Assembly: GCF_963921235.1 (NCBI RefSeq)
Contig: NC_086108.1
Coordinates: 17,980,001-18,044,000 of the forward strand
DNA: 64,000 bases
Source: Mobula hypostoma
Taxonomy: Eukaryota
Direction of reading: 5' to 3'
This document shows, one piece after another, positions 1 through 10,505 of the stretch. Made by a program: the position numbers and the translations under genes. Every line of letters starts with the position of its first letter. Within the stretch, counting starts at the first letter, position 1. Below the pieces are notes generated by a model. It was not told the DNA's origin. It saw only the letters and a program-made list of their open reading frames with translations, and did no database searches.

Positions 1-110
1 TAGAATTGAATGCAATATTCCAGATGAGGCCTAACCAGTGTTTTATAAAGTTGCACCATAACTTCTAGACTCTAGAACTCAATGCCTTGACTATTAAAGC
101 AAGCAAGCCT
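1..110 (-). mobile_element. Degenerate CR1 LINE ORF2 C-terminal fragment
   Basis: The reverse complement reads as the YKTLVRPHLEYC.QF region seen in the better-preserved CR1 copies in this window. Confidence 0.6.
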
Positions 111-1145
111 TATCTTCTCAAGAAAGGTTTCCACCAAAGAAAATGAAGGGTTTATCTCATAGACTGTGGTCTGTGGTATTGTGATGTTAAAGGGGGGCCT
201 GAAGGTATGGTGCTCTCTGCAATGTTTTTGGTTCGAGAATATCTGCCTGAATAGGTGTTCACTGTCAAGACAGGCTCTGGGAACCCACTCCTAACTAATC
301 CCTCAGCCCCCACAGCCTATGTCAGGTAAATTCTCAACTCCCCGTCCTGCCACACTGGTGCGCCCCAAGCTAGTCGCAAGACCAAACCCTTTGCTAGTAA
401 CCAGTCACAATGCTGGTGCACTGTATGACACAACAACCAAATAGCCTACTCCTGCATCTGATTATCCTGTAACCTCACCCCCCCCACAGGGTTAACTTAT
501 CATGTTGAAGGTTTTTCTTCACAGATACTGGCTAACCTGCTGAGTCTTTCCAACATTAAAAATAATCTTTATTCCAATTACATATTTATAGGGCAGCACT
601 GGGAAACTACTTTAACTGGTTTGGAAATACCATTAGCTCTTCTGAATGAGCAGTAACCTTGCAAAGTGAACAATCCAGATTCCAGGAGGTAAAATTGATC
701 TTGCCATTGCTCTGTGAATGACTCTTACTCTGCTGACTGGTGTGTGTAGTTACAGTATTGCATTGCTGTGCTATTATGCAGTATGTAAGTCTTACTTTAT
801 TGACTACTGGCAGTGGATCTGCACTGTTCTATAGTGGGTAACCTTACCCTGTTTAATAACTGCTCTTTATTTCCACCTGGTTCTGCAGAGCGAGTGTGCA
901 GGCATCATGTTGTCTGCAAATGACATGTAGAAATAATGAGCTGTGAAAATTTCAAGATGCTTGTTATCTCCCTCCCAGCCCAAGTATTTTGGTGACAGGC
1001 CTCTCGCTGTGCCTTTTTTCTGCATTCCACATTATTGAACATGATGGGTAGCCTCTCCCACTGAGATTCCCTGCTTTCCAATTAGCATCAAATCCACATT
1101 TGACAGTCAGATTTGCAGTTAATTAAGCTGCCCAGTAATTGACAT

Positions 1146-1285
1146 GCAGATCATCGAGAGATGGATACCAGAGACGCAGATTATCGGGAGGTGGATACTA
1201 GAGATGCAGATCGTCGAGAGATCGATACTGGAAATGAGGATCATCGTGATCTGATACACAGATCATTGACAGATGGAGACCAGAG
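1146..1285. repeat. Short degenerate tandem repeat, ~30-bp unit
   Basis: Three to five diverged copies of a GCAGATCATCGAGAGATGGATACCAGAGAC-like unit. Confidence 0.7.
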
Positions 1286-1541
1286 CTTCTGGAGCCTAGA
1301 AAACTGACTGAAGTTGTTTAACTCCTCAGTAAGATTGAAGCCTCCCTGCTTGAATCACTTCCACACATTAAGGAGGGTGCAATAATCTGCCTTCCTCCCT
1401 CAGTCATTAGAACAGTCACCCATTGTTAACCCTTAAAAGCATCAAATCAGGGAGCATTCTGATTAATGCAATAATTTAAATTGAATCACCAACTCAGAAC
1501 AGATGCAAGGTGCCTCAACTGTCCATCTTAAACCTCTAAAG

Positions 1542-1618
1542 CAAGTCTTCCCAACCTGGGATCCGCTGACACCTTGCTTCATGGTGTCTATGACCTAACG
1601 AAACGTTGGGAACCCCTG
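1542..1618. mobile_element. hAT (Charlie-like) MITE, ~80 bp
   Basis: Ends CAAGTCTTCCCAAC...GTTGGGAACCCCTG; perfect 8-bp TSD CTCTAAAG (1534-1541 and 1619-1626). Confidence 0.8.
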
Positions 1619-1761
1619 CTCTAAAGCCTTTGATCTTCTTTGTGGATAATACGACTGTTGGCTACTCTTGAGTACCTGAAGAGGTGTCCATTTTCTCTGC
1701 AACACACATCAAAGTTGCTGGTGAACGCAGCAGGCCAGGCAGCATCTCTAGGAAGAGGTAC

Positions 1762-1797
1762 AGTCGACGTTTCAGGCCGAGACCCTTCGTCAGGACT
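1762..1797 (-). ncRNA. Minimal type-I hammerhead ribozyme motif (Penelope-type)
   Basis: Minus strand reads AGTC-CTGACGA-AGGGTCTCGGCCT-GAAAC-GTC-GACT: intact CUGANGA and GAAA core, GUC triplet, stem I AGUC/GACU, palindromic ACGU stem III. Confidence 0.75.
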
Positions 1798-2118
1798 AAC
1801 TGAAGGAAGACTTAGTAAGAGATTTGAAAGTGGGAGGGGGAGGGGGAGATCCAAAATGATAGGAGAAGACAGGAGGGGGAAGGATGGAGCCAAGAGCTGG
1901 ACAGGTGAATGGCAAAGGGGATATGAGAGGATCATGGGACAGGAGGTCCGGGGAGAAAGACAAGGGGGGGTGGGGAACCAGAGGATGGGCTTTATCCCCT
2001 TTGCCAATCACCTGTCCAGCTCTTGGCTCCATCCCTCCCCCTCCTGTCTTCTCCTATCATTTTGGATCTCCCCCTTCCCCTCCCACTTTCAAATCTCTTA
2101 CTAACTCTTCCTTCAGTT

Positions 2119-2154
2119 AGTCCTGACGAAGGGTCTCGGCCTGAAACGTCGACT
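2119..2154 (+). ncRNA. Minimal type-I hammerhead ribozyme motif (Penelope-type)
   Basis: AGTC(2119)-CTGACGA(2123-2129)-stem II-GAAAC(2143-2147)-GTC(2148-2150)-GACT. Predicted cleavage after 2150. Confidence 0.75.
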
Positions 2155-2849
2155 GTACCTCTTCCTAGCGATGCTGCCTGGCCTGCTGCATTCACCAGCA
2201 ACTTTGATGTGTGTTGCTTGAATTTCCAGCATCTGCAGAATTCCTGTTGTTTCCATTTTCTCTGTGTGGTTTTAGGCAGATGTGTCAATTGGAAGCGGGG
2301 GGGGGGGCGGTGATCTTTATCAATTGCTTTCCCACTCCATGCCCACAGAATAGCTTTCTCCCAGCTAAGGATAGTGGAAGCTGATAGGGAGCCTCTCTGC
2401 TTTCAATGCCCACTCCCGCCGGTTGGGGTTATGCACCTAGGTACCAAGAGGAACTTTCTGTTTTCTTTCCTTGCCTGGTTTAGCCATTCCTGGTAAGGAC
2501 TGGTAAGCAGCTTGGCATTTGTTTCCATCTGATTTCCATTGCTGAGTCCAGGGCATGTTCTGTTGGGTTGGTAAATTTGGAAGAGCTGATGTCATGATTG
2601 GTTTTTTCAATCAGCTCAGTGGTCAAAATTAACTGGGCACGATTGAATTGCTGCTGGTGGGATCTTGCTGTGCACAGTTTAGCTGCCATGTATTATGCAT
2701 TACAAGACAGCGTATACTTGCTTGGCTGTACAGCAAGCATGGGGTGTCCTGAGGATCTCATCAGTATCAGTGCAACTGATTGAATTCTTCTTTTCTCTTA
2801 TAAAGAAGCAATATAATTCTGCTGAATTATCTTATATTCATTGATCATT

Positions 2850-3112
2850 CATGAGGTTTACCAGGATGCTGCCTAGATTAGAGGGCAGATGCTATAAGAT
2901 AATGCTGGATAAACTATGGTGGTTGCTTCTTTGTGGTGACTGATAGGTTTATAAAATTACAAGAAACATAAATAGGGCAAAGAGAGTCTTCTTTCCCTGG
3001 TTTGAAATGTTCAATACTGGACAGCAGAACATTACGAAAGGGAAAATTGAAAGGAGATGTGTGGGACAGTTTTAAATAGAGAGAGTTGGGTGCCTGGAAT
3101 GGGCAGCCAGGG
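2850..3112 (+). mobile_element. Old CR1 3' fragment
   Basis: AGGTTTACCAGGATGCTGCCT (RFTRMLP) followed by the usual CR1 3' landmarks, highly decayed. Confidence 0.6.
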
Positions 3113-3169
3113 TTTCACTTCTCCTTTCCTGATGGAAAGGTATCAAAAATGCAAGAGATTTAGTCCTCG

Positions 3170-4622
3170 TTTTCTTTAGGTCCTCGTTGTCTACGGGAAT
3201 GGTATCGGAGGATTGGAGGGAGGCGAATGTTGTCCCCTTGTTCAAAAAAGGTAGTAGGGATAGCCCGGGTAATTATAGACCAGTGAACCTTACGTCTGTG
3301 GTGGGAAAGCTGTTGGAAAAGATTCTTAAAGATAGGATCTATGGGCATTTTGAGAATCATGGTCTGATCAGGGACAGTTACTATGGCTTTGTGAAGGGCA
3401 GATCATGTCTAACAAGCCTGATTGAGTTCTTTGAGGAGGTGACCAGGCATATAGATGAGGGTAGTGCAGTGGATGTGATCTACATGGATTTTAGTAAGGT
3501 ATTTGACAAGGTTCCACACGGTAAGCTTATTCAGAAAGTCAGAAGGCATGGGATCCAGGGAAGTTTGGCCATGTGGATTCAAAATTGGATCGTGGTGAAG
3601 GGAGTACATTCAGTTTGGAGGGTTGTGACTAGTGGTGTCCCACAAGGATCGGTTCTGAGACCACTACTTTTCGTGATTTTTATTAATGACCTAGATGTGT
3701 GGGTAGAAGGGTGGGTTGGCAAGTTGCAGGCAACACAAAAGTTGGTGGTGTTGTAGATAGTGTAGAGGATTGTCGAAGATTGCAGAGAGACATTGATAGG
3801 ATGCAGAAGTGGGCTGAGAAGTGGTAGATGGAGTTCAACCCGGAGAAGTGTGAGGTGGTACACTTTGGAAGGACAAACTCCAAGGCACAGTACAAAGTAA
3901 ATGGCAGGATACTTGGTAGTGTGGAGGAGCAGAGGGATCTGGGGGTACATGTCCACAGATCCCTGAAAGTTGCCTCACAGGTAGATAGGGTAGTGAAGAA
4001 AGCTTATGGGGTGTTAGCTTTCATAAGTCGAGGGATGGAGTTTAAGAGTCGCGATGTAATGATGCAGCTCTATAAAACTCTGGTTAGGCCACACTTGGAA
4101 TACTGTGTCCAGTTCTGGTCGCCTCACTATAGGAAGGATGTGGAAGCATTGGAAAGGGTACAGAGGAGATTTACCAGGATGCTGCCTGGTTTAGAGAGTA
4201 TGGATTATGATCAGATATTAAGGGAGCTAGGGCTTTACTCTTTGGAGAGAAAGAGGATGAGAGGAGACATGATAGAGGTATACAAGATATTAAGAGGAAT
4301 AGATATAGTGGATAGCCAGCGCCTCTTCCCCAGGGCACCACTGCTCAATACAAGGGGACATGGCTTTAAGGTAAGGGGTGGGAAGTTCAAGGGGAATATT
4401 AGAGGAAGGTTTTTTACTCAGAGAGTGGTTCGTGCGTGGAATACACTGCCTGATTCAGTGGTGGAGGCAGATGCACTGGTGAAATTTAAGAGACTACTAG
4501 ACAGGTATATGGAGGAATATAAGGTGGGGGGGGGGTTATATGGGAGACAGGGTTTGAGGGTTGGCACAACAATGTGGGCCGAAGGGCCTGTACTGTGCTG
4601 TACTATTCTGTGTTCTATGTTC
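3170..4622 (+). mobile_element. 5'-truncated CR1 LINE (RT pseudogene)
   Basis: ORFs 3187-3756 and 3828-4631 carry NYRPV.LTS, DFSK.FDKVPH, GVPQGSVL and YKTLVRPHLEYCVQFWSP. Frameshift at the FADD motif. (TTCTATG)n-like tail. Confidence 0.95.
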
Positions 4623-4729
4623 AGATGCTAGAAATCCAGAGCAACACCTGGAGGAACTCAGCAAGTCAGGTAGCTTCTATGGAGATGAATAAATAGTTGA
4701 TGTTTCAGGCCAAGGCCCTTCCTCAGGAC
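4623..4729 (-). mobile_element. Penelope pLTR fragment with degenerate hammerhead
   Basis: GGAGGAACTCAGC...AGTTGATGTTTCAGGCCAAGGCCCTTCCTCAGGAC is homologous to 1700-1797. Confidence 0.65.
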
Positions 4730-4739
4730 AATAATAAAC

Positions 4740-4820
4740 CAGGGATTCCCAGCCTGGGTTCCACGGACCTCTCGGTTAATGGTAGGGGTCCATGGCATAA
4801 AAAAAGGTTGGGAACCCCTG
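4740..4820. mobile_element. hAT MITE, ~80 bp
   Basis: TIRs CAGGGATTCCCAGCC / GGTTGGGAACCCCTG; TSD TAATAAAC / TAATGAAC. Confidence 0.8.
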
Positions 4821-5501
4821 TAATGAACTATTTTACCAGATGAATTTGGAGTGCAGATGGAAATAAATTTGATCTGACAGCCTTTAGAAACAAGTAATTG
4901 CAGAACTGCAAAGATTGGAACCTGAAAGTTGATAGGTCAGAATACTTAACCACAGCAGAAAGCTGGATAGAAGTGTGCTGGGACTTGGTTAATTAATGAT
5001 GGTCTTGGAGAAATTGGGAGGGCTGACCCAAGTCCTGGAAACAGTGGTTGGCGGGGTGATATAGAAAATGTCTGGGGAGAGATGAGTAGATCAGTAAGTG
5101 ACTTATGACTCAGGTCCCTAACTAATTATGTGGTAGGACAGTATGTAATTGAGGAGGGGTGGTGGTTGATGGTCTGATAGCCTTTTATTTTTGCATTGAT
5201 TCTCTCTGTACCCAGCCTTGAGTGATGCCCAAAGTACTTCCCAAGATATTTATTTCTTATTTATTTATTGTTATTGTTTCTTCTTTTTGTATTTGCACAG
5301 TTGGTTGTCTTCTGCACTCTGACTGAATACTCTAGTTGGATACTCTTTCATTAATTCTGTTATAGTTATTATTCTATAGATTTGCTAAGTATGCCCACAA
5401 GAAAATGAATCTCAGGATTGTATATAGTGACATGTATGTATTTTGACAATAAAATTTACTTTGAACTTTGAACAATGATGTAAGAGCCTAGAATCAGGCC
5501 G

Positions 5502-5582
5502 CAGGGGTTCCCAACCTGGGGTCCACAGACCCCTCAGTTAATGGTTAGGTTCCACGGCATAAAAAAACGTAGGAAACCCCTG
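5502..5582. mobile_element. hAT MITE, ~80 bp
   Basis: CAGGGGTTCCCAACC...AGGAAACCCCTG with the same internal sequence as 4740-4820. Confidence 0.75.
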
Positions 5583-5656
5583 AATCAGGGTATTCTCAGA
5601 ATGGGTGGTAGGCTCTTTAGTACAGCGATTGTGGGAAGTTTCTTCACTCTGGATTT

Positions 5657-5977
5657 GGGTGCCATGGTAACATAACAGTTAGCACGATGCTTTTACAGCT
5701 CGGGGTGTTCTGAAGCTTGGAGTTCAAATCCGGTGCTATTTTGGAAGGAGTCCCTGTACATCCGCCCTGTGGAATGCGTGTACAGATTTTCCCTGGATGC
5801 TGCAGTTTCTTCCCACAGTCCAAAGACAGACAAGGTAGATTAACTGGTCATTGTAAATTCTCCTGTGATTTGGTTAGGGTTAATTCGGGTTGTGAAGTTG
5901 CTGGCACAGTGTGGTTCAAAGGGCCAGAAAGGCCTAATCCACACAGGTTCACTAAATAGATAAATACATAAATAAAT
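5657..5977 (+). mobile_element. tRNA-derived V-SINE (HE1-like)
   Basis: A-box-like head, B box GGAGTTCAAATCC, V-domain-like GGATGCTGCAGTTTCTTCCCACAGTCCAAAGAC...TTAACTGGTCATTGTAAATT, and (TAAA)n tail. Confidence 0.75.
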
Positions 5978-6227
5978 CTTTGGAATTCTCTCCCTTGGAC
6001 AGCCAGCTCCTTCTGCTTCCTCTGTTATCCTGTCTCAGCTCATGGCTGATCCTGGTCACTGCAATAGCAGAATCTGATTGCAAGCCCTGGGGAATTCTCT
6101 CACCGTCCAGATTTAAGGATGCTGCTGGACTCTTACTGCAGAGTGATGTGTGTATATTTGAGGGCAAATTCTATCACGATATGTAGAAAGCAGAACTACT
6201 TGTATTCTAAGTATGGGAGAAATTAGC

Positions 6228-6528
6228 TTGGATCGGGACCTACAGAGTGAAGTGGGAGCTGAATTCTGAAGGAAGGCAGTTTTTTAAAAAACTTCTTCAA
6301 GTGCAAGAAGGACGAGACTGTGCAGGCACGTGATGTAACAGGACAGTGCGGAGAGTTTAAAAAGGAAGGTTGCTACCAACGACTTTCTTTTGGATCGATA
6401 CTACAGAGCGTCATGGGAGCTGAATTCTGAAGGAAGGCAGTTTTTTTAAAAAACTTCTTCGAGTGCCAGAAGGATGAGACTGCGCAGTCGCGTGACGTAA
6501 CAGGACAGCGCGGAGAGTTTAAAAAGGA
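6228..6528 (+). promoter_or_regulatory. Two tandem ~162-bp monomers in the CR1 5'UTR (putative internal promoter)
   Basis: Units start at 6228 and 6390. Each has a (C/G)CGTGA(T/C)GTAA motif followed by TTTAAAAAGG. Promoter function is inferred. Confidence 0.55.
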
Positions 6529-6798
6529 GACCACCCTATACAGCGGGCAGCGGAGAGAGTGGTAGCAGAGTGTAAGGCTTTGGCTTCAACGGGCTTTGGC
6601 GGTAAACGGGAAGAGGCGAGAGCAAAGCACCAACTCTTTTTTTCTCCCCCCTTTCGCGAATCGGCCCAGACAGACAGGAACAGCAGGGCTCTCACAGCTA
6701 ATGGTACGAGCTAACAGTTTAAAAAGTTCGTCTGTTTGGCGAGGTAAGTGGGTCAGTAGACTTATTTTCACTGTTTCATTCCTGTAGAATTAGATAGC

Positions 6799-7712
6799 AT
6801 GCCAGCAGGGTTAGTGCTTTATTCAGGGTGTCAGATGTGGGAATCCTGGGAGACCTCCAGCCTCCCTGATGGCCACATCTGCGCCAGGTGCACCGAGCTG
6901 CAGCTCCTCAGAGACCGTGTTAGGGATCTGGAGCTGCAGCTTGATGACCTACTGCGTATCAGGGAAAGTGAAGAGGTGATAGACAGGAGCAACAGGGAGG
7001 TAGTCATCCCTAGGCTACAGGGGTCAGAAAACTGGATCACTGTCAAGAGAGGGAAGGGAAATGCCCAGATAGTGGAGAGCACACTTGTGGCTGTCTCCCT
7101 CAGCAACAAATATCATGTTCTGGATGCTGTGGAGGGGGTGACCTGACAGGGGGCACCCGCGGTGACCGGGTCTCTGGCACTGTTGTGCAGGAGAGAAGGA
7201 GGGAGAAGAGGAATGCAGTAGTCATAGGGGATTCCATAGTCAGGGGAACGGACAAGAGATTCTGTGAGCCTGACAGAGATACTCGCATGGTGTGTTGCCT
7301 CCCAGGTGCTAGGGTACGGAATGTCTTGGATCGGGTCCAGAATATTCTGAAGGGGGAGGGTGAGCAGCCAGTTGTCTTGGTATATGTTGGTACCAACGAC
7401 ATAGATAGGACAAAGGAGGAGGTACTGAAGAGAGATTTCTGGGAGTTAGGAAGGAAGCTGAGAAGCAGGACCTCCAGGGTAGTAATCTCGGGATTGCTAC
7501 CTGTGCCATGTGCTCGCGAGGGCAAGAATAGTAGGATCAGGCAGATGAATGTGTGGCTGAGAGACTGGTGCAGGGGGCAGGGCTTCAGATTCTTGGATAA
7601 TTGGGATCTCTTCTGGGGGATGTATGACCTGTTCAAAAAGGACCTGAACCCGAAGGGGACCAATATCCTGGCGGGAAAGTTTAATAGAGCTGTTAGGAAG
7701 GGTTTAAACTAA
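6799..7712 (+). pseudogene. CR1 ORF1: Cys-rich N-terminus, coiled coil, SGNH/GDSL esterase (frameshift near 7140)
   Basis: ORF 6799-7146 (C..C, LELQLDDL) and ORF 7185-7712 (VVIGDSIVR, CLPGA, VGTNDI). Confidence 0.9.
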
Positions 7713-7847
7713 TTTGGCAGGGGGATGGGAACCGGAATGATAGAGCGGAGGAAGGGGAAAACAGAAATAAATCTAAGATAGTGAGCAGTAAAGATGTCAA
7801 GAAAGACAGGCAGGTGATGGGGCAAATTTCTTAGCCATTGGGATGAG

Positions 7848-8952
7848 TTGCAGTGCAATAAAGTTACAGTGAAATCAAAGCAAAAAGTACCAAATACTGG
7901 TCTTAAGGTGTTATACTTAAATGCACGCAGCATAAGGAATAAGGTGGGTGATCTTGTCGTACAGCTACAGGTTGGCAGGTATGATATTTTTGCCATCACT
8001 GAGACGTGGCTAAAGGATGCATGTCTCTGGGAGCTGAACGTCCAAGGATACACGGTGTATCGGAAGGATAGGAAGGTAGGCAGAGGGGGAGTTGTGGCTT
8101 TATTGGTAAGAAATTATATTAAATCATTAGAAAGAGGTGATATAGGATCGGAAGGTGCAGAATCTTGATGGGTTGAGCTAAGAAATTGCAGGGGTAAAAG
8201 GACCCTGATGGCAGTTATTTATAGGCCTTCAAAAAGCTGCAGTGAGGTGGACTACAAATTACAACAGGAAATAGAAAAGGCTTGTCAGAAGGGCAGTGTT
8301 ATGATAATTGTGGGGGACTTTAACGTGCGAGTGGATTGGGAAAATCAGGTCGGCACTGGATCTCAAGAGAGAGAATTTGTAGAATGTCTGCAAGATGGCT
8401 TTTTAGAACAGCTTGTTGTTGAGCCCACTAGGGGATCGGCTGTACTGGATTGGGTATTGTGTAATGAACCAGAGGTGATTAGAGAGATTGAGGTGAAGGA
8501 ACCCTTAGGAGGCAGTGATCATAACATGATTGAGTTCATTGTGAAGTTTGAAAAAGAGAAGCCGAAATCTGATGTGTCGGTATTTCAGTGGAGTAAAGGA
8601 AATTACAGTGGCATGAGAGAGGAACTGGCCAAAGTTGACTGGAAAGGGACACTGGCGGGAAAGACAGCAAAGCAGTGGTGGCTGGAGTTTATGTGAGAAG
8701 TGAGGAAGATGCAAGACAGGTATATTCCAAAAAAGAAGAAATTTTCGAATGGAAAAAGGATGCAACTGTGGTTGACAAGTGAAGTCAAAGCCAAAGTTAA
8801 AGCAAAGGAGAGGGCATACAAGGAAGCAAAAATTAGCGGGAAGACAGAGGATTGGGAAGTTTTTAAAAGCTTACAAAAGGAAACTAGGAAGGTCATTAAG
8901 AGGGAAAAGATTAACTATGAGAGGAAGCTAGCAAATAATATCAAAGAGAATA
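7848..8952 (+). pseudogene. CR1 ORF2 5' part: APE-like endonuclease and linker (stops at 8166 and 8694)
   Basis: YLNARSI, ITETWL, YRKDR, IYRP, GDFN, LDWVL and SDHNMI motifs. Confidence 0.92.
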
Positions 8953-10503
8953 CAGATTTCACCCGCCATCCGAAGGTGGAGTGTTCCTATGAAACGTTTC
9001 GTAAGCCGAAACGTCATAAAGTGAAGAAGCAATTACCATTTATTTATATGGGAAAATTTTGTGAGCATTCGCAGACCCAAAAATCACCTACCAAATCATG
9101 CCATATAACACATAAAACCTAAAATAACAGTAACATATAGTAAAAGCAGGAATGATATGATAAATACACAGCCCATATAAAGTAGAAATACTTCTCTACA
9201 ACAACTGCCTGCACGGATCTCCGTAGCGAAAATCTCACGCAAGCGCTCTTGGCAGGAAGTCTCACGCAAGCGCTGTTGGCATAAACGCGCTCTCCAGTAA
9301 CCTTTAAACTGTGAAGCTGCCAAATCTACCAAATAACACGTAAAAATACACAGCCTATATCAAGTAGAAATAATGTATGTACAGTGTAGTATCACTTACC
9401 GGAATTGAGAAGACATCGAGCACACTAATGATGGTGTGTTTGGCTGAACTGTTGCAGGCTGGGGTGGTGCAGTGGCTTCCACTCCCCAGGCCGCTGACTG
9501 ATACATTGCCGTGAAGCACGCAGGGGTAGCCGGGAGGCACAGAGCACATCGTTAAGAAAAAAGCTGAAATAAACGTGCTAACTAATTCGGTGCTGCCTGG
9601 CACGTAAATGTTGGCGCAGATCAGAGGCGATTGCCGATTGCATCGGCACTGATCTGGGCCGACAATTATGTGCTAGGCGGCACCTAATTAATTAGTATAT
9701 TTATTTCGTTTTTTTTCTTAAAGATGAGCTGGGTGCGTCCCAGGTACCGTTGCATTTTCCGCGAATCAGTATCTGTCCGTGGCCTGGGGGTTGGAGTGGT
9801 GGGACACTGGGGTGCAATCTCGTCGTCTGTTTCCATTAGAGCAGGCGGCTCATCTTCTTCTATCTCTGCCCGCCTCGATGTCGAAGGTCGAAGTTCGTCG
9901 TCTGCTGCGGCTGATGTGGAAGGCTTGCTTGACTGCTGAGCCTTGCGCATTTTTCTATCACACAGTTCTTTAATAAGGACTCAAACCATCCTGCAAATAT
10001 CTCCTAAACCGACGTACCCTTTCAAAATTAAAGTTGTACTTTATCATTACTCATTTGGTTTTGATTGTTACCCTTTTTTCTTCCAATTGCATCAGCTCTT
10101 CATCTGTCAGTTCTTGGTGATGGGATGCCAAAACCTCTTCAACATCATGTTCGTCAGCTTCCACAAGCCAAACTCACGTTGTCTTTACTTGGTTCACCAC
10201 GATCAAAACGCTTAATTATGTCTAGATTTATGTAAGTGTAACACCCTTACGAGCTCTTTCAGGCTCTTCCGATACCATAGAACTCATCTTGCAAATGGCT
10301 GCTCACAGGCATGTGTTAAAGCAAAGCAGTTCCGAATCCGGGGGAGAGCGACTGCTTGGGGTGCACCCTGCCTTTTATCGCACGCTGAATTTTTTTTCGT
10401 AACAGTGAAAACACCTTCTGGAAGCAGAAAGAGGGTACTAATGTAGGTCTTTCGTAACAGTGAGGTTTCGTAAAGCGAACGTTTGAAAAGCGGGGGACAC
10501 CTG
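8953..10503 (-). mobile_element. Internally deleted Tigger/pogo DNA transposon
   Basis: TA TSD (8951-8952 and 10504-10505); removing the element restores CR1 ORF2 (NIKENTKSFFKY). Imperfect TIRs CAGATTTCACCCGC / CAGGTGTCCCCCGC. The minus strand holds an N-terminal remnant (LDIIKRFDRGE) fused to a C-terminal remnant (DVEEVLASHHQELTDEELMQLEE). Confidence 0.85.
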
Positions 10504-10505
10504 TA

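Larger units (their letters stand above)
1700..2251 (+). mobile_element. Penelope-like pLTR-only insertion with inverted 5' segment (225-bp inverted repeat)
   Basis: Arms 1699-1923 and 1993-2217 are near-perfect reverse complements. 13-bp TSD TCCATTTTCTCTG (1687-1699 and 2252-2264). The sequence matches the region downstream of the GIY-YIG ORF at 18375-19021. Confidence 0.85.

Noticed and set aside
1621..2313. Six overlapping ORFs on both strands
   Set aside because: They mirror each other because of the inverted repeat; this is non-coding pLTR sequence.
5657..5740. tRNA gene
   Set aside because: A/B-box-like motifs are present but no cloverleaf, and the sequence continues into a V-SINE body.
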